DNA from: an uncultured delta proteobacterium
Lineage (GTDB): Bacteria; Desulfobacterota; Desulfobacteria; Desulfobacterales; QNYZ01
Direction: 5' to 3'
NCBI GenBank assembly: GCA_963783425.1
Contig: CAWANO010000018.1
Location: forward strand, 6,219-70,218
Length of the DNA stretch: 64,000 nucleotides
Positions 60,104 through 64,000 of the stretch are shown in pieces. Position numbers and translations under genes: made by a program. The notes beneath the pieces are model-generated. The model searched no databases. It had not been told where the DNA came from and was given only the letters and a program-made list of their open reading frames with translations. Every line of letters begins with the position of its first letter. Within the stretch, counting starts at the first letter, position 1.

Positions 60104-61692
60104 CACTCAGACCGCGGTGGCGGATCTTCAGGGGGCAGTTCCAGGCCGAACAGACCGCAGTACATGGCCTCGAGCAGCTCGGCCTGCATCAGAGCGGTAC
60201 CCCACAGGAGCGGGTGCTGCCCACGCCAGCGCTCGTTGAGAAAAGCGCGCAGGTTCTCTCTGCCCTGACGGCCTCGATAGATCCCTCGATTATACAGATC
60301 GGACGTCACGCGCTGACTGCAAAAGGTGCCCTGGCAGGGGCCTTTGCCGATGCGGCTGCGGCGGCTGATGGCCTCGAGTGTGGGGATGCCCTCCTGGCGG
60401 CCGATGGCGGCGATAAGGTCATCAAGCACGCGCTGTGAGACCATTTCACATTCGCAAAGCAGCTGGTCGCCGGGTGTGTCGGCCCGGACCCATTCGCGCG
60501 GGGCCAGGCCCGGTTCGGTCCACTTGCCGTCAATGCTGTCGGGTAGCGGTTCTTGCGAAGTGCGACAGGGTGTGTCGATGCCGAGGTGCCGGCATACCAG
60601 GTCGGCGGTTCGTTCGGCCATTAAACGAAAGGTGGTGAGTTTACCCCCGGTGATGGTGATTAAGTTATCCACCCCATCATCGGCGTGGTCCATCAAGGCG
60701 TACCCACGGCTCAGATCGCGGTCATCGTCGCTGTCGCCGCTGCCCACCAGGGGACGCACGCCGCAATAGGCACGGATGTAGCGGGCGGTGGCCAGCGCCG
60801 GCACCATGGCGGATCCCTCGTCAATCAAAAGGTCAACCTCGCTGATTTCCGGGTAGACGCGATCCGGCGATTCGACGCGCACCGAAGTGGTCCCCAGAAT
60901 CGATACGGTGCCGCCGGGCACGAGGATGTCGGCGTCGGTGGCCTTGCGCAGGCGATTAATGACTTGTCTGGCCAGGCGCGTATCGGTCACCAGCAGACTG
61001 CCTTTGGAATAGTGCATCGGAATTTTAATGCCGGCCATGGCCGCCACCTGATTGGCCCAGGCGCCGGCGGCGTTGACCACCACTTCAGGCTCAATGCGGT
61101 AAGTGCGGCCGGTTCGGGTCTCTTTGATGGTGACGGTGTCGATGCGACGGTTGCGTATCGAGAGCCCGGCTAAGCGCGTGTAGCGTGTCAGCGATGCGCC
61201 CAGTTGCCGGGCATGGACCAGGTTGTCGAGCGTGAGCTTGAACGGATCGATGGCGGCGTCATTGACCGCGTAGGCGGCGATTATTTCTTTGGAAAGGGCC
61301 GGCTCCATAACGGCGACCTGGTCTACCGGGAGCGCATGGGTTTCGATGGCGCACTGCTCGCATAGCAGTGGAAAATCAGCGATATAGTGCTCGTTATCAC
61401 CCTGCACGGCCACAAAGAGCCCGCCGGCGATATCAATGCACTGTGGGGCCAGCCGCTTGAGAAGAGAGTTTTCACGCCGGCACTCACACGCTGCGGCGGG
61501 GTCGGATTCTACGTAACGTGCGCCGCTGTGAAGCAGGCCGTGGTTGGCCCCTGAGGCACCGTTGTTGAAGTCGCTTTTTTCCAACACCATGGCACCCACC
61601 CCGCGCAGGGCCAGATCACGCGCCAGGCCGGCACCGGTGACGCCGGCGCCGACGATGAGTACGGGAGTTTTCAGGGGTTGTGGCGATTGCAC
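60103..61692 (-). CDS. glpA: Anaerobic glycerol-3-phosphate dehydrogenase subunit A
   Basis: GAGVTGAGLARDLALRG, GANHGLLHSGARY, GVRPL, GGKLTTFRLMAE, C-terminal CECE...GPCQGTFC. Confidence 0.94.
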   Translation of the reverse strand: MQSPQPLKTPVLIVGAGVTGAGLARDLALRGVGAMVLEKSDFNNGASGANHGLLHSGARYVESDPAAACECRRENSLLKRLAPQCIDIAGGLFVAVQGDNEHYIADFPLLCEQCAIETHALPVDQVAVMEPALSKEIIAAYAVNDAAIDPFKLTLDNLVHARQLGASLTRYTRLAGLSIRNRRIDTVTIKETRTGRTYRIEPEVVVNAAGAWANQVAAMAGIKIPMHYSKGSLLVTDTRLARQVINRLRKATDADILVPGGTVSILGTTSVRVESPDRVYPEISEVDLLIDEGSAMVPALATARYIRAYCGVRPLVGSGDSDDDRDLSRGYALMDHADDGVDNLITITGGKLTTFRLMAERTADLVCRHLGIDTPCRTSQEPLPDSIDGKWTEPGLAPREWVRADTPGDQLLCECEMVSQRVLDDLIAAIGRQEGIPTLEAISRRSRIGKGPCQGTFCSQRVTSDLYNRGIYRGRQGRENLRAFLNERWRGQHPLLWGTALMQAELLEAMYCGLFGLELPPEDPPPRSE

Positions 61693-62074
61693 TGGTCACG
61701 TCTCGGTTCAAGCATTTTGGTTCGTCCGAATAACGCGTAATTTTTTAGCGTTCGTTGTCGTTGCATTGGTCGAAGTCGAATTCACCGTCGTTGTCTAACC
61801 CACCACTTACCCACCAGGCGTTGCCGACAACAAACCTTTACCTCTGCAGAAACCCGATAGCACGCTTTTTCCAATCCCGATGGTGAAAGCCGATGCTTCG
61901 TTCAAGGTTATTACCAAGGAAAGGTGGAATTTTCACTTGAGAAAATTATCCGCGGGTGGTATTTTCAGAATATCGCTCTTTATCACCAAAAGAGGGGCTC
62001 TTTTGAGAACCAGGTAGCATACTGAGCAACGGTTGTCACGAAAATTTTCGAATAACAACAAACAAAGATTAGCA

Positions 62075-62090
62075 ATTCGTTAAAACGAAT
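62075..62090. promoter_or_regulatory. Palindrome, candidate GlpR operator
   Basis: ATTCGTT-AA-AACGAAT between divergent glpA and the DeoR regulator; further TTCG/CGAA half-sites near 61720-61780. Confidence 0.45.
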
Positions 62091-62191
62091 GCTGATGAAG
62101 CGCTACCTGCGGGCCGTTTAGTTGCGGCCAAGGCCCACTGGAGGTTGCGCTGTTAGCGATTGGAGCCCATCGGAGAATAAGAGGCAGAGAT

Positions 62192-62992
62192 ATGAAAAGC
62201 ACGGGCGGGGCTGTCGAAAAACGTCATCATATGATTGCCGAACTGGTGCGTACTAAAGGTTTTGTCACTATCGAGCACATGGCTTCGGAGTTCGGTGTAA
62301 CGCCGCAGACGATACGGCGTGATATCAATTTTCTCGATGAGGAGGGGGTGCTGCGTCGCTATCACGGCGGCGCAGGAGTCGCCCTGAGCACCGAGAACGT
62401 GGCCTACACGCGCCGCAAGGTCCTTCACCTGCCGGAAAAACAGCGGATCGCCCGGCTGGCGGCTGCAAAAATTCCCAACCACGCTTCGCTCTTTATCAGC
62501 ATCGGCACCACCACCGAGGAGGTTGCCAAGGCACTATACCAACATCGTGGCCTGAAGGTCATCACCAATAACTTGAACGTGGCCAGTATTTTGTACGGCA
62601 ATAAAGGTTTTGAGGTTATTTTGGCCGGCGGGATGGTGAGGCGACGCGATGGTGGTATCATCGGGCCATTGACGATCGATTTTATTCAGCAGTTTCGGGT
62701 CGACTACGGCGTGATCGGCATCAGCGGCATTGATCTGGACGGCACCCTACTTGATTACGACTATCGCGAGGTGCGCGCCGCGCGCGCCATCATCGACAAT
62801 TCACGACGGGTCTTTATGGTGACCGATCACACCAAGTTTGGTCGCAACGCCATGGTGCGGCTGGGCAGCATCAATGAAATCGATGCGTTGTTCACCGACC
62901 GCCGCCCACCCCAGCCTTTGGACGAAACGATAAAAGTCGCCGAGATGGATCTATATGTGACCCGTGGCGAAGGTGATCAGGTTATATTATGA
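62192..62992 (+). CDS. glpR: DeoR-family glycerol-3-phosphate regulon repressor
   Basis: FGVTPQTIRRD HTH, RYHGGA, IGTTTE, VITNNLNVA, DHTKFGRNA; glp context. Confidence 0.92.
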   Translation: MKSTGGAVEKRHHMIAELVRTKGFVTIEHMASEFGVTPQTIRRDINFLDEEGVLRRYHGGAGVALSTENVAYTRRKVLHLPEKQRIARLAAAKIPNHASLFISIGTTTEEVAKALYQHRGLKVITNNLNVASILYGNKGFEVILAGGMVRRRDGGIIGPLTIDFIQQFRVDYGVIGISGIDLDGTLLDYDYREVRAARAIIDNSRRVFMVTDHTKFGRNAMVRLGSINEIDALFTDRRPPQPLDETIKVAEMDLYVTRGEGDQVIL

Positions 62993-63129
62993 ACACCTAA
63001 TATTCACTTGTGAAAAGTACAGCTTGGTGGTAACGATATTATTCGGATTGGACGTGTTTACCAACCAGAAGGTCAAACTTTTCTCAAACCGATACACCGT
63101 AGACGGATGCACTGCGCGGGAGGCGCTTC

Positions 63130-64000
63130 ATGGGTTTATCCCTTCAAGGTGTCGACAAAACCGTTGGCAAGGAAGTTCACCTGAAAGGGATCAATCTCGA
63201 GCTCGAATCCGGTTCCCGGAATGTCATTCTCGGGCGCACCCTCGCCGGTAAAACCTCCCTGCTTCGCATCATCGCCGGACTGGACCGGCCCACCAGGGGA
63301 CGGATTTTCGTCGATGGAAAGGATGTTACCGGCGTTTCGGTCCGTAAGCGCAACGTGGCCATGGTCTACCAGTTGTTCATCAACTACCCCTCTCTGACGG
63401 TTTATCAAAACATTGCCTCCCCTCTGAAAACTAGTGGTTTCAACAAGTCAGACATTGACCGCAAGGTGCGTGAAATATCAAAAACGCTGCACATTGATGA
63501 TTTGCTGGAACGATTGCCGTCGGAGCTTTCCGGCGGCCAACAGCAGCGGACCGCTATTGCGCGGGCGCTGGTGAAAAAAGGAGAGTTGCTGCTGCTTGAC
63601 GAACCCTTGGTGAATTTGGACTACAAACTGCGTGAGGAACTGCGCATAGAGCTTCAAGAGATCTTCAAGCAGCGAGAGGCAATTGTTATCTACACCACCA
63701 CCGAGCCCGCCGAAGCATTAATGCTGGGCGGCCACATTGTTGTGATCGATGAAGGGCGCATTCTTCAGACCGGCAGCACCGCTTATGTTTACCACCACCC
63801 GGCCAATTTGAAAGTGGCCGAGGTGTTCAGCGATCCGCCGATCAACTATATACAGGGCCAGGCCAACAGCCGGTTTGCGCGCCTGAGCCGAAACATACAG
63901 GTCCCTCTAGAAGGCCATTTAAAAGCAATCGACCAGGGTGATTATCAGTTCGGGGTACGATCAAACCACCTCTTTCTCTCCGCAAACAGCGCCGATGATG
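63130..64000 (+). CDS. Carbohydrate-type ABC transporter ATP-binding protein (probably glycerol uptake), truncated by the window end
   Basis: MGLSLQGVDK...GRTLAGKTSLLR, MVYQLFINYP, LSGGQQQR, LLDEPLVNLDYKLRE; open to the window end. Confidence 0.88.
   Translation, partial: MGLSLQGVDKTVGKEVHLKGINLELESGSRNVILGRTLAGKTSLLRIIAGLDRPTRGRIFVDGKDVTGVSVRKRNVAMVYQLFINYPSLTVYQNIASPLKTSGFNKSDIDRKVREISKTLHIDDLLERLPSELSGGQQQRTAIARALVKKGELLLLDEPLVNLDYKLREELRIELQEIFKQREAIVIYTTTEPAEALMLGGHIVVIDEGRILQTGSTAYVYHHPANLKVAEVFSDPPINYIQGQANSRFARLSRNIQVPLEGHLKAIDQGDYQFGVRSNHLFLSANSADD

Noticed and set aside
58..63408. Many long ORFs antisense to or overlapping recognised genes (e.g. 1812-2666, 3722-4753, 6665-7663, 14160-15083, 20663-21514, 47809-48816)
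   Set aside because: Shadow ORFs expected in GC-rich coding DNA; no recognisable motifs, and the opposite strand carries clear family signatures

Overview
GC-rich bacterial chromosomal window. Gene content and repeat families suggest an anaerobic, Desulfobacterales-like deltaproteobacterium (inference, not verified). Left to right: the end of an RND efflux locus; ilvD-panE-panB; an M1 aminopeptidase; two dynamin-superfamily genes, one strikingly EHD/sarcalumenin-like; an orphan ParA; and YcaO-TPR. A GAF-sigma54 activator faces a tandemly duplicated unit of paired enhancer-like sites, a -24/-12 promoter, a small secreted protein and a ~150-nt covarying structured element. A subtilase locus with a stand-alone prodomain-like gene converges on a CHASE2-cyclase / FecR-TPR-beta-barrel operon that ends in two paralogous small proteins with a terminal C-x8-C motif. 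Then come tRNA-Ala(CGC); a non-pyrrolysine MttB, a DUF1638-hydantoinase fusion and a partly deleted hut operon with a Dpp-type ABC transporter; a pseudokinase-trypsin-TPR protein; and a glycerol utilisation cluster. Many genes carry frameshifts, densest at 55.9-58.4 kb, which look like sequencing/consensus errors. All family assignments come from motif recognition by eye; no database searches were run. The best candidates for undescribed systems are the 24-33 kb protease/peptide/receptor/cyclase locus and the 18.8-23.8 kb sigma54 unit with its repeated structured element.
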